A stretch of DNA of 64,000 nucleotides. Source: Sedimenticolaceae bacterium. GTDB taxonomy: Bacteria > Pseudomonadota > Gammaproteobacteria > Chromatiales > Chromatiaceae. The notes beneath the pieces are model-generated. The model was not told where the DNA came from. It saw only the letters and a list, made by a program, of their open reading frames with translations, and searched no databases. Positions 8,790 through 19,597 of this stretch are shown piece by piece. The position numbers and the translations under genes were made by a program. The stretch spans positions 2,222-66,221 of the forward strand of contig CBFHYJ010000003.1 of assembly GCA_965659945.1 (NCBI GenBank), read 5' to 3'. Position 1 is the stretch's first letter. Each line of letters begins with the position of its first letter.

Positions 8790-9494
8790 ATGACTGAGTC
8801 TCAGACCAAAACGCCTGAAATCCCGATTTTGTACCGTGATGAGCATTTGATTGTGGTTCACAAGCCGGCCGGCCTGCTCATGCACCGTAGCCCCATCTCT
8901 CAAGACACGGTTTTTCTACTGCAGACCCTGCGCGACCAAATTGACCAACGCGTGTATCCGGTGCATCGTTTGGATAGAGCCACTTCAGGCGTATTGCTGC
9001 TGGGTTTAAACCCAGATATAGCACGTGAGCTGGTCACTCAGTTTGAATCTCACCAGATCAGCAAGTCTTATCACGCACTCGTTCGTGGCTGGGCTGATGA
9101 TGAGGGCGAGATCAATCACCCAGTAGCAGATGAAGAAGGCAACAACGTACCGCAAGAGGCCGTCACGAGATACCGATGTTTAGAACGCGTGGAGCTACCT
9201 GTTGCGATTAGTCGCTACCCTACATCTCGTTATTCGATTGTCGAAGCCGAGCCACTTACAGGACGGCGCCAACAGATCCGTAAGCATTTCAAACATATCT
9301 CGCATCACATCATTGGCGATACCACCCATGGCGATGGCAAACATAACAACTATTTTCGAGAATACCATGGCATCTTTCGCCTCATGCTCACGTCCAAGCA
9401 GCTTAGCTTCACTCATCCTGTTTCATTAGAAAAAATACGTTGCGATGCTTTAGATGAACTTGAGTGGCAGCGACTCAACAGCATTTTTAAATGA
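8790..9494 (+). CDS. truC: RluA-family pseudouridine synthase, TruC-like (tRNA pseudouridine65)
   Basis: 234 aa. Catalytic motif HRLDRATSGVLLLG. The stretch QFESHQISKSYHALVRGW resembles E. coli TruC as I recall it. Confidence 0.7.
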   Translation: MTESQTKTPEIPILYRDEHLIVVHKPAGLLMHRSPISQDTVFLLQTLRDQIDQRVYPVHRLDRATSGVLLLGLNPDIARELVTQFESHQISKSYHALVRGWADDEGEINHPVADEEGNNVPQEAVTRYRCLERVELPVAISRYPTSRYSIVEAEPLTGRRQQIRKHFKHISHHIIGDTTHGDGKHNNYFREYHGIFRLMLTSKQLSFTHPVSLEKIRCDALDELEWQRLNSIFK

Positions 9495-9500
9495 CATAAA

Positions 9501-9523
9501 AAAGCCCGTCACCGACGGGCTCT
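9501..9523 (-). terminator. Intrinsic terminator of bcp (also directly after the truC stop)
   Basis: 7-bp stem GCCCGTC / GACGGGC (9504-9520) with loop ACC. On the - strand it is followed by TTTTTTAT. Confidence 0.7.
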
Positions 9524-9526
9524 TGC

Positions 9527-9988
9527 TTAAAAGGATCTGACGACCTCGAGTATTTGTTCGGCATGCCCCTTGGGTGATACCCCATACTCAGCAAACTTGA
9601 TCGTGCCTTGCGCATCCACAATGAATGTCGAACGAACGATGCCAAACCTCTTTTCACCGTTCTTTTCTTTTTCTTGCCAAATACCATAGGCATCACAAAG
9701 CTGGCCTTCCACATCTGCCAGCAGCTGCACGGTCAAGCCGTACTTATCGCGAAACTCGCCGTGACTTTTGCAATTATCTTTACTTACACCAATCAACTTG
9801 GTGTTATGCGCTAAGAATTCATCTAAAAGATCAGAGAACTCCTGCGCCTCCATTGTGCAACCCGGCGTGTCATCTTTTGGGTAGAAGTAGATAACGTAAT
9901 TTGAGCCTTCAAGATCTTTTGAAAGACACATATTCATGTCTGCATCTGGCAGCTCAAACGCCGGTGCTTTATCGCCAACTGAAAGCAT
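9527..9988 (-). CDS. bcp: Thioredoxin-dependent thiol peroxidase (peroxiredoxin Bcp)
   Basis: 153 aa. Active-site motif YFYPKDDTPGCTMEA; overall Bcp/PrxQ length. Confidence 0.9.
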   Translation of the reverse strand: MLSVGDKAPAFELPDADMNMCLSKDLEGSNYVIYFYPKDDTPGCTMEAQEFSDLLDEFLAHNTKLIGVSKDNCKSHGEFRDKYGLTVQLLADVEGQLCDAYGIWQEKEKNGEKRFGIVRSTFIVDAQGTIKFAEYGVSPKGHAEQILEVVRSF

Positions 9989-10048
9989 CTTATTTCCCCC
10001 TAGCTTTCTCTGTGATAACTCTGAATGTAGGCGCCTTATTTGCGCAGG

Positions 10049-12019
10049 TCAACCGTTGGCTATTAGCTCCGAAAACAGCTGTCGCAAAAGCTCATTTTGC
10101 TCATTCTTTAAGACACCCTCAGATAAGGTGACCTGCTGATGCGTTTGACGCTGCAGTAACAGTTTTATCGCAACACTCAGCGCCGTAGACTCCTCAGCCT
10201 GGGCATGGCTTAACTTAGCAATAAGGACGCGTTGCATCGTAGGGATAACTGACTGCAACTCACGACGGTGCTCGGTAAAGCCTATTAGCAAATTTTTATC
10301 TGCTTGATCTATATCTCCCATCGCGGACTGAGTGAAAAATAAAGCACTTACTAATGCTGGTTCAAGCACTGACAAATCATCAGATAATCGATAGGGCAGA
10401 TCTTTTAAATATTGCGCATGCAGCTGCTCAATATCTGCGACGCAATTCTCAGAGATCGCCAACAACATTTGAAGTGATTGCGCACCACTACTCGCATCAA
10501 TACGATGACCGATACGCGCCGGCTTGAAGTCTTGCGAATGCCAGAACTTGAGACTCGTTGCATCCATCGCATAAGAAGTTCCCAGTAAATCAATTGACTG
10601 CCGTTTTGCTTCTTTAAGGATTGCTTGTATTAACTGACTTGCGAGACCTTGGCGTCGACATTGCTCATTTGTCGCAATGCGCATAATGCGCAAGAGCTTC
10701 TTTTCTAGCCCTTTAGCATAAGCAGAATGTTGCGCAAGCGATTGCAGTAGCAAGTGTCCTTTAGGTCGTCGATAGCCCTGTGTAATCTGCTCGGCTAACT
10801 CTTTTGAAAAACCGCCTTCCTCAACTGTGATTGCACAGGCAACAACTCGACCGCTCTCTCGAGCAAGCCAAAGCTGCTGCATCGGATCATTTAATAAGGC
10901 ATACAAGTCAGAAGGACGTGTTTGATAATGCGCATCAACAAGCAGGCCAACAATAGCGCGCAATAGCGGCCCATCATTAATCAATGATGTCTTATCACAA
11001 TGCTCAATCGTTACTTCGGCACACTTATCTATATCATCTGGCTTAGCGTTTAGCATTAGCCATTGATACGAAGTGATCTCCAGTGGGTCATCATCCGCCC
11101 AACGCACAGGATGATCTAATTGAATTTTCTTAACTTGGTTGGAATAGCCGTCGAGCAGCCTTGTGAATCGCGTAACAAAACCACGACCACTTCCCTCGTA
11201 GCCATGCACTGTCGAGCTAAAAACTAAACGGTTCTCTCGCTGAAGAAATTTTTCAAGCGTTGCCAGTGGCACCATTGCCGCTTCATCTATTACACACAGC
11301 GAACTCGATCGCTCCTGCAATACATACTCGTCAGGATGCATCCACTGCACAGCACTCTTTGCCAGACATCGTCGCTCCAGAACATCAAAAAGTGGATCGA
11401 CTGATCGACGATTCATACTGATAACTGCGATAACTTTTTTATCGTCAGCTTCTATCAAATCAGCAATCGCCTCGCCTAATGCGGTTGTCTTTCCACGGCC
11501 ACGATGTGCCGTGATGACCAATGGTCGCTTCGCATGGCCAGTCGCAACACGCTTGATGGCTTCTACCGCACCTTGTTGGCCTTGCGTTAATTCAAAAGAT
11601 TCTTTTTTTATCGCAACTGGCGAAGGTGGCGACTGATCATCTCCTTGGGTGATCGAGATGAGTTGTTTCTCAGTCTCAAACAGGGTTGCTAAACGTTGCT
11701 CATACAAACCACGCTCAACAAAGTCCTGACGATTAGGGAGCATCAGATACAACATACCTCCACCGCGCAAAGTACCTATCAATGCCGCGAGATGATCAGG
11801 CTTAAAACCTTGATGACACTCAACAACTAAGCTGTCGCATTGCTGACCTAGCTTTTGTGTGACGTGATTAGCGGCAATCGCATCGGCAGAAGCTGGTGCA
11901 TGCCCCCCATACCAAAAACAATGCCCTAAAGATTTCACATCAAGCTGATCAACAGCCCAAGCAAGATCACCCCACAGCAGCACGGCTTGTCGGTGACTGT
12001 GTTGCATCAACTGTGACAT
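10049..12019 (-). CDS. tmcA: tRNA(Met) cytidine acetyltransferase TmcA
   Basis: 656 aa. Central helicase-type P-loop HRGRGKTTALG and C-terminal GNAT acetyl-CoA motif RRQGLASQLI. Size and domain order match TmcA (E. coli YpfI). Confidence 0.75.
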   Translation of the reverse strand: MSQLMQHSHRQAVLLWGDLAWAVDQLDVKSLGHCFWYGGHAPASADAIAANHVTQKLGQQCDSLVVECHQGFKPDHLAALIGTLRGGGMLYLMLPNRQDFVERGLYEQRLATLFETEKQLISITQGDDQSPPSPVAIKKESFELTQGQQGAVEAIKRVATGHAKRPLVITAHRGRGKTTALGEAIADLIEADDKKVIAVISMNRRSVDPLFDVLERRCLAKSAVQWMHPDEYVLQERSSSLCVIDEAAMVPLATLEKFLQRENRLVFSSTVHGYEGSGRGFVTRFTRLLDGYSNQVKKIQLDHPVRWADDDPLEITSYQWLMLNAKPDDIDKCAEVTIEHCDKTSLINDGPLLRAIVGLLVDAHYQTRPSDLYALLNDPMQQLWLARESGRVVACAITVEEGGFSKELAEQITQGYRRPKGHLLLQSLAQHSAYAKGLEKKLLRIMRIATNEQCRRQGLASQLIQAILKEAKRQSIDLLGTSYAMDATSLKFWHSQDFKPARIGHRIDASSGAQSLQMLLAISENCVADIEQLHAQYLKDLPYRLSDDLSVLEPALVSALFFTQSAMGDIDQADKNLLIGFTEHRRELQSVIPTMQRVLIAKLSHAQAEESTALSVAIKLLLQRQTHQQVTLSEGVLKNEQNELLRQLFSELIANG

Positions 12020-12025
12020 AGAAAT

Positions 12026-15000
12026 TTAGGCGTCAGGATCGTACGCGAGATTAGGGCCGAGCCACTTTTCCATCTCGGCTACTTCAACACCCTTACGTGC
12101 TGCGTAATCTTCGAGCTGATCTTTATTGATACGACCAATCGCAAAATAGCGCGCATCAGGATGGGCAAAATATAAACCTGATACAGCCGCCGTCGGCACC
12201 ATCGCTTTAGACTCGGTTAACCAAATATCGGTATTAGCTTCAGCATCCAACAAGGTCCACAACAAATCCTTTTCCGTGTGATCCGGTGATGCTGGGTAAC
12301 CCATTGCAGGTCGAATGCCTTGGTAAACTTCTTCGATCAATTGCTCATTGCTGAGCGCTTCATCAGATGCGTAACCCCAAAGTTCAGTACGAACTTTTTG
12401 ATGCAACCATTCAGTTAATGCTTCAGCCAAACGATCGGCTAACGCCTTGAGCATAATGCCGTTGTAATCATCATGGTCAGCATCAAACTCAGCTAGCTTC
12501 TCATCGATACCGATACCTGCGGTTGCAGCAAAGCCACCAATGTAATCATTCAGACCGGTATCCTTAGGTGCTATGTAGTCACCTAAGCTTTCATTGTATT
12601 TACCCTCTGGCTGCTTACCTTGCTTACGCAAATTATGCAACGTGGTGAGTAACTCTTTACGCGAATCATCTTTGTACACTTCAATGTCATCACCAACGGC
12701 ATTCGCAGCAAACAAGCCGACAACCGCATTGGCACTTAGCCATTTCTCATCAATGATTTTTTGCAGCATTGCTGTTGCATCGGCATACAGCTTACGTGCT
12801 TCTTCACCCTTCTCAGCATCATCGAGAATTTTCGGGAAGCGACCTTTCAGCTGCCATGCGTGGAAGAAGAAGGTCCAATCAATCAACGGAGTGATCTCAT
12901 TGAGATCAATATCCTTAAGAACTGTTATGCCAGGTTTCGCTGGCTTAACGATTGGCGCTGCCGCCCAATCAATCGGTGTACGGTTGGCCTGCGCTTTTGC
13001 AAGCGGCACATTGTTTTTCGCTTCATTCTTAGCCGCGCGTTGCTGACGCACAACATCATATTCATCACGCAGACCCGCTAAGAACTTAGGCTTTTGTTCT
13101 TTCGATAATAAGGTCGATGCAACGCCAACTGCACGCGAAGCATCTGCAACATAAATTGCGCCGTGCTCATACTGCGGTTCAATTTTTACAGCGGTGTGTG
13201 CTTTAGAGGTTGTCGCACCACCGATCATTAATGGGATGTTAAAGCCTTGACGCTTCATCTCTTTAGCGACGTGTACCATCTCATCGAGGGACGGCGTGAT
13301 CAGACCCGACAAACCGATGATGTCGACATTCTCTTCTTTCGCGCGTTGCAGAATTGTCTCAGCGGGCACCATAACGCCGAGGTCGATGACTTCGTAGTTG
13401 TTACACTGCAACACCACGCCAACGATATTCTTACCGATATCGTGAACATCACCTTTCACCGTGGCCATCAAAATCTTGCCACTACTTTCTACCGCACAAT
13501 CAGCTTTCTCCGCCTCAAGATAAGGTTCCAGATAAGCCACGGCTTTTTTCATGACTCGCGCAGATTTAACCACCTGCGGTAGGAACATCTTGCCTTCACC
13601 AAACAGATCACCGACCACATTCATGCCATCCATTAGCGGACCTTCGATGACATGCAATGGGCGCTCAGCTTGAGCGCGCGCTTCTTCAGTATCTTGATCG
13701 ATGTATTCGGTAATGCCTTTTACCAGTGCATGCTCTAGACGCTTATTGACTGGCCAAGTACGCCATTCCAAATCTTGTTTAGACTCAACGCCACCGCCAT
13801 CACCGGCATACTTTGGTGCGATCTCAACCAAGCGGTCACCCGCTTCTGGGTCTTTATTCAAGACCACATCCTCAACCGCATCACGCAACTCAGGTTCTAG
13901 CTCGTCATAAACCGCAAGCTGGCCCGCATTCACGATACCCATGTCCATACCGGCACGAATCGCGTGATAAAGGAACACCGCGTGAATCGCTTCACGCACA
14001 TGATTGTTACCGCGGAAGGAGAATGACACGTTTGATACGCCACCTGAAATCATTGCATGTGGCAGTGTTTGTTTTATCTCGCGTGTCGCTTCAATAAAGT
14101 CGACGCCGTAGTTGTTATGCTCTTCGATACCTGTCGCAACAGCAAAGATATTCGGGTCGAAAATAATGTCTTCAGGCGGGAAGCCGATCTCATCAACCAA
14201 AATGCGATAAGCACGCGTACAGATCTCGACCTTGCGCGCATGCGTATCAGCCTGACCCACTTCATCGAATGCCATCACGATAACTGCGGCACCATAACGA
14301 CGGCACAGCTTGGCTTGTTCGCGGAATTTATCTTCGCCCTCTTTCATCGAGATCGAATTGACAATTGGCTTACCTTGGCAGCACTTCAAGCCTGCTTCGA
14401 TAATTTCCCACTTTGACGAGTCAATCATCAAAGGCACTTTGGCGATATCAGGCTCAGAGGCAATCAGGTTTAAGAAGCGCACCATGGCTGCCTCACCATC
14501 CAGCATGCCTTCGTCCATGTTGACGTCAACGATCTGTGCACCATCTTCAACTTGGGCACGACAGATATCTAAGGCTTCTTCGTATTCTTCATTCAGGATC
14601 AATCGCTTGAACTTGGCTGAACCTGTGACATTCGCACGCTCACCCACATTGGTGAACAAACTTAGCTCACCCAGGTTAAGTGGTTCTAAACCCGACAGGC
14701 GACACTCAACCGCAAGTTCAGGTTTCTTGCGGGGCGCTTTATCTGCGACCGCTTCTGCGATTGCACGAATGTGATCTGGCGATGAACCACAACAACCACC
14801 AATGATGTTGAGGAATCCAGCTTCTGCCCACTCAGCGACTTGAGCAGCCATCTCGGGTGGCATCAAATCGTATTCACCAAACTCGTTTGGCAAACCAGCA
14901 TTCGGGTGCGCATTGACATGGCACTCAGCGATGCGCGACATCTCTTCAACATACTGACGTAACAGATCAGGACCCAATGCACAGTTAAGACCAATCGAAA

Positions 15001-15718
15001 TCGGCTTGGCATGACGCAAGCTGTTGTAGAACGCTTCGGTTGTTTGACCTGAAAGGGTACGACCAGAAGCATCTGTGATGGTGCCTGAGATCATGATGGG
15101 CAAAGTGATACCTTTATCGTCGAAGTATTTCTTAACCGCAAAGATCGCCGCTTTTGCATTCAACGTATCGAAAATGGTTTCGATCAAAATGATGTCTGCG
15201 CCACCTTGTACCAACGCATCGGTTGACTCGGTGTATTGCTCAACCAACTCATCGAAGGTTACGTTGCGATAACCCGGGTCGTTCACATCGGGCGAAATCG
15301 ACAAGGTACGCGACGTGGGGCCTAGGACACCGGCGACAAAACGTGGCTTATCTGGCGTGCTGTATTTGTCAGCCGCCTGGCGCGCTAAGCGAGTTGCTTC
15401 AAAATTAATCTCATATGCCAACTCCTCCATGTCGTAATCAGACATCGACACCCGCGTGCCATTAAAAGTGTTGGTTTCAAGGATATCTGCACCGGCATCG
15501 AGGTACTGCTCGTGAATCTCACGGATTACCTCAGGACGGGTTATCGCCAGTAAGTCATTGTTTCCTTTAAGATCTGTGTGCCAATCTTGAAAGCGCTCAC
15601 CACGATAATCGGCCTCACTGAGCTTATAACGCTGAATCATCGTGCCCATCGCGCCATCCAAAATAAGGATGCGCTGAGCCATCAATGCTTCGAGTTCTGC
15701 GGTGCGGTTTTGAGACAT
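12026..15718 (-). CDS. metH: Cobalamin-dependent methionine synthase
   Basis: 1230 aa. Homocysteine- and pterin-binding barrels, B12-binding DxHxxG ([11 protein letters not shown]) and a C-terminal AdoMet activation domain. It is collinear with MetH throughout. Confidence 0.97.
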   Translation of the reverse strand: MSQNRTAELEALMAQRILILDGAMGTMIQRYKLSEADYRGERFQDWHTDLKGNNDLLAITRPEVIREIHEQYLDAGADILETNTFNGTRVSMSDYDMEELAYEINFEATRLARQAADKYSTPDKPRFVAGVLGPTSRTLSISPDVNDPGYRNVTFDELVEQYTESTDALVQGGADIILIETIFDTLNAKAAIFAVKKYFDDKGITLPIMISGTITDASGRTLSGQTTEAFYNSLRHAKPISIGLNCALGPDLLRQYVEEMSRIAECHVNAHPNAGLPNEFGEYDLMPPEMAAQVAEWAEAGFLNIIGGCCGSSPDHIRAIAEAVADKAPRKKPELAVECRLSGLEPLNLGELSLFTNVGERANVTGSAKFKRLILNEEYEEALDICRAQVEDGAQIVDVNMDEGMLDGEAAMVRFLNLIASEPDIAKVPLMIDSSKWEIIEAGLKCCQGKPIVNSISMKEGEDKFREQAKLCRRYGAAVIVMAFDEVGQADTHARKVEICTRAYRILVDEIGFPPEDIIFDPNIFAVATGIEEHNNYGVDFIEATREIKQTLPHAMISGGVSNVSFSFRGNNHVREAIHAVFLYHAIRAGMDMGIVNAGQLAVYDELEPELRDAVEDVVLNKDPEAGDRLVEIAPKYAGDGGGVESKQDLEWRTWPVNKRLEHALVKGITEYIDQDTEEARAQAERPLHVIEGPLMDGMNVVGDLFGEGKMFLPQVVKSARVMKKAVAYLEPYLEAEKADCAVESSGKILMATVKGDVHDIGKNIVGVVLQCNNYEVIDLGVMVPAETILQRAKEENVDIIGLSGLITPSLDEMVHVAKEMKRQGFNIPLMIGGATTSKAHTAVKIEPQYEHGAIYVADASRAVGVASTLLSKEQKPKFLAGLRDEYDVVRQQRAAKNEAKNNVPLAKAQANRTPIDWAAAPIVKPAKPGITVLKDIDLNEITPLIDWTFFFHAWQLKGRFPKILDDAEKGEEARKLYADATAMLQKIIDEKWLSANAVVGLFAANAVGDDIEVYKDDSRKELLTTLHNLRKQGKQPEGKYNESLGDYIAPKDTGLNDYIGGFAATAGIGIDEKLAEFDADHDDYNGIMLKALADRLAEALTEWLHQKVRTELWGYASDEALSNEQLIEEVYQGIRPAMGYPASPDHTEKDLLWTLLDAEANTDIWLTESKAMVPTAAVSGLYFAHPDARYFAIGRINKDQLEDYAARKGVEVAEMEKWLGPNLAYDPDA

Positions 15719-15957
15719 CTGAACAACAACTGCTGGTTGAAAACGCGCGATTATACCTTGCTTGCCACTACCTCTCAGGCAAAAAATCTAAGTAAATCGG
15801 GTAGATGCAAATTCAGGGAAATTGCTGCTTTGCAACGTCAATTTTTCGTGTTTCTATAGCAACTGTTTGCAGGCCAGCAAACGCCGTTCACGGCATAAAA
15901 TAACTGGCACAACATATCAAGATTGTGCCGCTCTTGTAGTATTTTGGAGGTATAAAA

Positions 15958-16362
15958 ATGGCCGAACTCTTCTCAGCTGACTGGATGAACGCTCTTAAGG
16001 ATCATTGGAACTCTGACGCTGAAGTCAGCGGCAAACTCGCTGAAATTGGCTTCAACTCTGTCATCACTTGTGGTTTTAAAGGGGAAGACCAACCTCGTGG
16101 TGTATTTGTTGTTGAAAATGGTGTGTGCACTCGTGCTGGTGACTTTGATGGCACCGCACCGGATTGGGACATGCGCGCAGACAAAGATAACTGGCTCAAG
16201 TGGGCGTCTGATGGCATCGGCATGACCGGCCTTGGTACCGCGTTCGCAATGGGTAAATTGAAGTTCATCGTTGGCGACTTCAAAGGCATGATCAAAGATC
16301 CTCGTATGGCAGGACCTTTCGTCAAAAGTTTTGCCTTGATGGGCAAAATCGATACGCAATAA
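15958..16362 (+). CDS. SCP2 (sterol-carrier-like) domain protein
   Basis: 134 aa. GGAGG-type SD (ttggaggtataaaaATG). The C-terminal GKLKFIVGDFKGM...FVKSFALMGK pattern resembles SCP2-fold proteins. Assignment is from recollection only. Confidence 0.55.
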   Translation: MAELFSADWMNALKDHWNSDAEVSGKLAEIGFNSVITCGFKGEDQPRGVFVVENGVCTRAGDFDGTAPDWDMRADKDNWLKWASDGIGMTGLGTAFAMGKLKFIVGDFKGMIKDPRMAGPFVKSFALMGKIDTQ

Positions 16363-16382
16363 ACCGTATCACTCCACGCGAA

Positions 16383-16408
16383 GAAGCCCGCTAACGCGGG
16401 CTTTTTTA
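16383..16408 (+). terminator. Rho-independent terminator after the SCP2 gene
   Basis: AGCCCGC-TAAC-GCGGGCT hairpin (16385-16402) followed by TTTTTT. It overlaps the stop codon of the convergent endonuclease I gene. Confidence 0.75.
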
Positions 16409-17044
16409 TGGGCGTTGACCATCGATCCAAGGATTACGATTACCTTGATAGGCCTCAATTTGATCGTTTCGCCAGCGTTCATGTGTGTCTGGTGGATCTT
16501 CTTGATGCCAGCGCAGTAACAATGATCGTTGGCGCTGATAGATTGGGATTCCCCAACGTTCCTCCATATAGAGAGCAGCTCGGGCGATATCACCGCGCAC
16601 GGCTTCGCGAGGCTCGGCAATTCGCTTACGTTTGTCGATCTCTAAATCACAATCCTCACGCCACCACTTTTCACCCGGTATTTCTGCATAGGCATAGGCT
16701 AAGCGTTCGTGATTTGCGCCCTTATCACTCGGGTAAAGGTTGTGCATATCCATTTCAATTTGGTTAAACCGTACGCTGCGTTCACGACACTGCTTACGCG
16801 TGCCGCACTTAAGCTCGTTTTTAACCCACGCCATCGGCATCACATGCTCAATATTGTACCCACGATCATATTTACCAAACCGCTTACCGCAGTACAGATC
16901 AGTTCCGCCACTGGGATATAGGTTTTGCCAAAAAATAGCGATCTGTTCGAGATAATTTTGCGGTTTTGCGGCCAAGTTCGGCGAAAAAAGGCTGAAACAA
17001 AGTGAAAAAACAAAAGATCTTCGTTTCAGTGAAAGCCCAGACAT
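16406..17044 (-). CDS. endA: Secreted endonuclease I family nuclease (EndA/Vvn/Dns-like)
   Basis: Motifs NIEHVMPMAW and EMDMHNLYPSDKGANHER, plus conserved cysteines of the Endonuclease I family. Signal-like MSGLSLKRRSFVFSLCFSLFSPNLAA runs from ATG 17044. The track ORF extends to GTG 17077. Confidence 0.8.
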   Translation of the reverse strand: MSGLSLKRRSFVFSLCFSLFSPNLAAKPQNYLEQIAIFWQNLYPSGGTDLYCGKRFGKYDRGYNIEHVMPMAWVKNELKCGTRKQCRERSVRFNQIEMDMHNLYPSDKGANHERLAYAYAEIPGEKWWREDCDLEIDKRKRIAEPREAVRGDIARAALYMEERWGIPIYQRQRSLLLRWHQEDPPDTHERWRNDQIEAYQGNRNPWIDGQRP

Positions 17045-17090
17045 TGCATAATGATGGATATTAAAATTCACATGCACAGTGAGTACCTAA

Positions 17091-17651
17091 GTGCCTGATC
17101 AAAGTTCTACGCAAACACCATCGCGTGGCCCATGGCCTGCGATAGCGATCGTTGTTATCGTAACATTAGTAGCGATTTATTCTGTCCCCTCTGAAGATGA
17201 TATTGAAAGTGCTCCCGCACCAATAACTTCAAGCACCTCGTTAATACCAGCACCCAACCCTCTTCCGCCTAACAAATCTGATCGCATCGATGCGCGTACC
17301 CTCATTACCGAATTACGCACCTCATCTAAACCCGACTTTAACAAGGCCTATGACGCTGGCGAAACGCTACGTAAAAAAGGTCAGTTAGACCAGGCTTATA
17401 TTTTGTATTTCTTTGCCGCTCGTGAAGGCCATGCAAACTCGGCTTACCGTCTTGGTCAACTAGCTGACAATGTGATTAACAAAGCCGCTTATCGTGCTGA
17501 CGCGACACAAGCAATCAAGTGGTACCACAAAGCACAAAGTGCTGGCATAAGCGAAGCGACTGATGCACTGGATAAACTCAAGCGTCATTACGAAGATAAA
17601 GCACGCTCTGGCGACGGCAATGCTCGCCGGTTGTTGTTGTTGTGGAGATAA
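17091..17651 (+). CDS. Membrane-anchored Sel1-repeat protein
   Basis: GTG start. Single N-terminal TM helix WPAIAIVVIVTLVAIY. Sel1-type repeats FAAREGHANSAYRLGQL and AIKWYHKAQSAGISEA. First gene of a coupled four-gene cassette. Confidence 0.7.
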   Translation: MPDQSSTQTPSRGPWPAIAIVVIVTLVAIYSVPSEDDIESAPAPITSSTSLIPAPNPLPPNKSDRIDARTLITELRTSSKPDFNKAYDAGETLRKKGQLDQAYILYFFAAREGHANSAYRLGQLADNVINKAAYRADATQAIKWYHKAQSAGISEATDALDKLKRHYEDKARSGDGNARRLLLLWR

Positions 17652-17656
17652 GCCAG

Positions 17657-19582
17657 ATGACATTACGACTATCTCACACCATTTTTATGATCTGCTTAAT
17701 GATTGCAGGTAACGCAAATGTATTTGCTGCTGACAAGCCATTGCTACTGGCCGGCAAACAATCACTTTATCAACGCGTGCTTGCCATTCCTGGCGCGCAA
17801 ATACATAAGTCTTTGAAAAGTGTGGGCACTGACACGACACCATTCACGGCTTATTATGTTTATGCTCGCACAAAAGTCGGCACGCAAGATTGGTTACATG
17901 TTGGCACCGATCGTTTTGGTGGCAAGAAAAGTTGGTTGAAAAGTGATGACACCATCGAATGGAACCAAGGTCTAACCGTTGCCTTCCGCGACCCTGCTTA
18001 CCAAGATCGTGCATTGTTGTTTAAAGATGCGAAATCACTCAAAGACGTAGCGCAAGACCGTAGCTTAAAAAATTACGAACGTCTTTATTCCGAAGCATCT
18101 GCTGGCAAAACGAGCAAATCGTCACCCGTTGCAGCCATTCAGCCCGCTGAAAAACTCGACATCCAAGATGACTTTTATTTAGTGCCGATTCAAAAGCACA
18201 AAGACATCTATGTGGGTAATCAACAAGCACGCATGCTTGAAGTAGCATCTGTACCTTTACGCGATGCGGAACCTAAGAAAACTTCAGACTACCGCGCAGG
18301 CTTGGTGTTCGCGATTGATTCGACCTTGTCGATGGATCCTTACATCAACCGTACCCGTGAAGCTGTTCGTAAGATCTATGACAGTCTTGAATCCGCCAAC
18401 CTCCTCGGCAATGTCAACTTTGGATTGGTTGCTTTTCGTGACAATCCTGATGCGGCTCCAGGAATCGAATACCTTACAAAGACCTATGCAGACTTAAAAG
18501 AAGGCGCAGATCCAAAGAAATTTATGTCGCAGGTTGAATCACTTAAAGCTGCAACCGTATCAAGCAAAGGATTTAGCGAAGATTCATACGCAGGCTTGAG
18601 AGAAGCTATCGATAACATGTCATGGGAGGGTAATGCCGCTCGTTATCTTGTGCTAGTTACTGATGCAGGACCACGGAATAAGAACGACCCATTATCGAGC
18701 ACCGGTCTATCAACAGCTCAATTGCGTCAATTAGCTCGTGAAAAAGGCATTGCGATTTTTGTTCTTCACCTACTCACTCCTGCCACTCACTCAGACCATC
18801 AACTCGCTGCAGAAACGTATAAGGAACTTTCCGAATTCCCCGGTATTGGCAGTCTTTATTACGGAGTGCCCACTGGTGATGTCAATCAGTTTGGTCGAGT
18901 GCTTGATACCTTAGCTGGACAAATCACCATGCAAGTTCAAATGGGGGGTGCTGCACCACAGGCAACACAGCAATCTAACGATTCGCAGCTTGCTCAACTT
19001 CAGCAAAAAGTCAGTAAGTTAGGGTACGCACTACGCATGCGTTATCTACAAGATACGGGTAGTGGCAAAACCCCTCGCATCTTTAACGCATGGGTTTTAG
19101 ATCGTGATCTGCGCAACCCAGAGATGCCCTCACTTGATGTTCAAGTTCTCCTGACGCGTGATCAGCTATCTGACCTGCATGAAATCTTGAAACAAGTACT
19201 AAATACTGCTGAAGAAGGTTTGTTATCGCCAAGCAACTTCCTTAACGAATTAAAAAGTTTGGCCGCAACCGTAACGCGCGACGCAACACAGCTTGGTGAA
19301 ACAACTGCAATCACAGCGGGCGCGGGCAATAGCTTGGCTGATCTTGGCTTCATGCGTGAATACATTGATGATCTACCTTACACAGGGGAAGTCATGGGTC
19401 TTTCTCTCGAAGAGTGGGACGCCTGGCCAGCCAGTGATCAAATCGATTTTTTACATCGCTTAGAAGCAAAAATTAATTACTACCGTGCCCTTCATGATCA
19501 CACCGATCTTTGGGTGAGCCTTGATGGTGGCTCGGTAGATGGTGACTCTGTTTTCCCTATCGCGATTGAAATGTTGCCTTAA
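17657..19582 (+). CDS. Secreted von Willebrand factor A (vWA) domain protein
   Basis: ATG 17657 is preceded by GGAGA (17644-17648). Sec signal MTLRLSHTIFMICLMIAGNANVFA/AD. MIDAS is DSTLS (nt 18317-18331) and the vWA strand is ARYLVLVTDAGPRN. The flanking N- and C-terminal regions are unassigned. Confidence 0.8.
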   Translation: MTLRLSHTIFMICLMIAGNANVFAADKPLLLAGKQSLYQRVLAIPGAQIHKSLKSVGTDTTPFTAYYVYARTKVGTQDWLHVGTDRFGGKKSWLKSDDTIEWNQGLTVAFRDPAYQDRALLFKDAKSLKDVAQDRSLKNYERLYSEASAGKTSKSSPVAAIQPAEKLDIQDDFYLVPIQKHKDIYVGNQQARMLEVASVPLRDAEPKKTSDYRAGLVFAIDSTLSMDPYINRTREAVRKIYDSLESANLLGNVNFGLVAFRDNPDAAPGIEYLTKTYADLKEGADPKKFMSQVESLKAATVSSKGFSEDSYAGLREAIDNMSWEGNAARYLVLVTDAGPRNKNDPLSSTGLSTAQLRQLAREKGIAIFVLHLLTPATHSDHQLAAETYKELSEFPGIGSLYYGVPTGDVNQFGRVLDTLAGQITMQVQMGGAAPQATQQSNDSQLAQLQQKVSKLGYALRMRYLQDTGSGKTPRIFNAWVLDRDLRNPEMPSLDVQVLLTRDQLSDLHEILKQVLNTAEEGLLSPSNFLNELKSLAATVTRDATQLGETTAITAGAGNSLADLGFMREYIDDLPYTGEVMGLSLEEWDAWPASDQIDFLHRLEAKINYYRALHDHTDLWVSLDGGSVDGDSVFPIAIEMLP

Positions 19583-19597
19583 CAGCAGGACTTAAAC

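Noticed and set aside
12594-14774. Several 90-154-aa + strand ORFs antisense to metH
   Set aside because: MetH is collinear and uninterrupted on the - strand. The antisense ORFs are S/R/A-rich with no motifs and no ribosome-binding sites.
15973-16430. 128-aa and 142-aa - strand ORFs opposite the SCP2-domain gene
   Set aside because: The + strand ORF has a GGAGG Shine-Dalgarno, a globular composition and its own terminator. The - strand ORFs overlap each other and run through that terminator.
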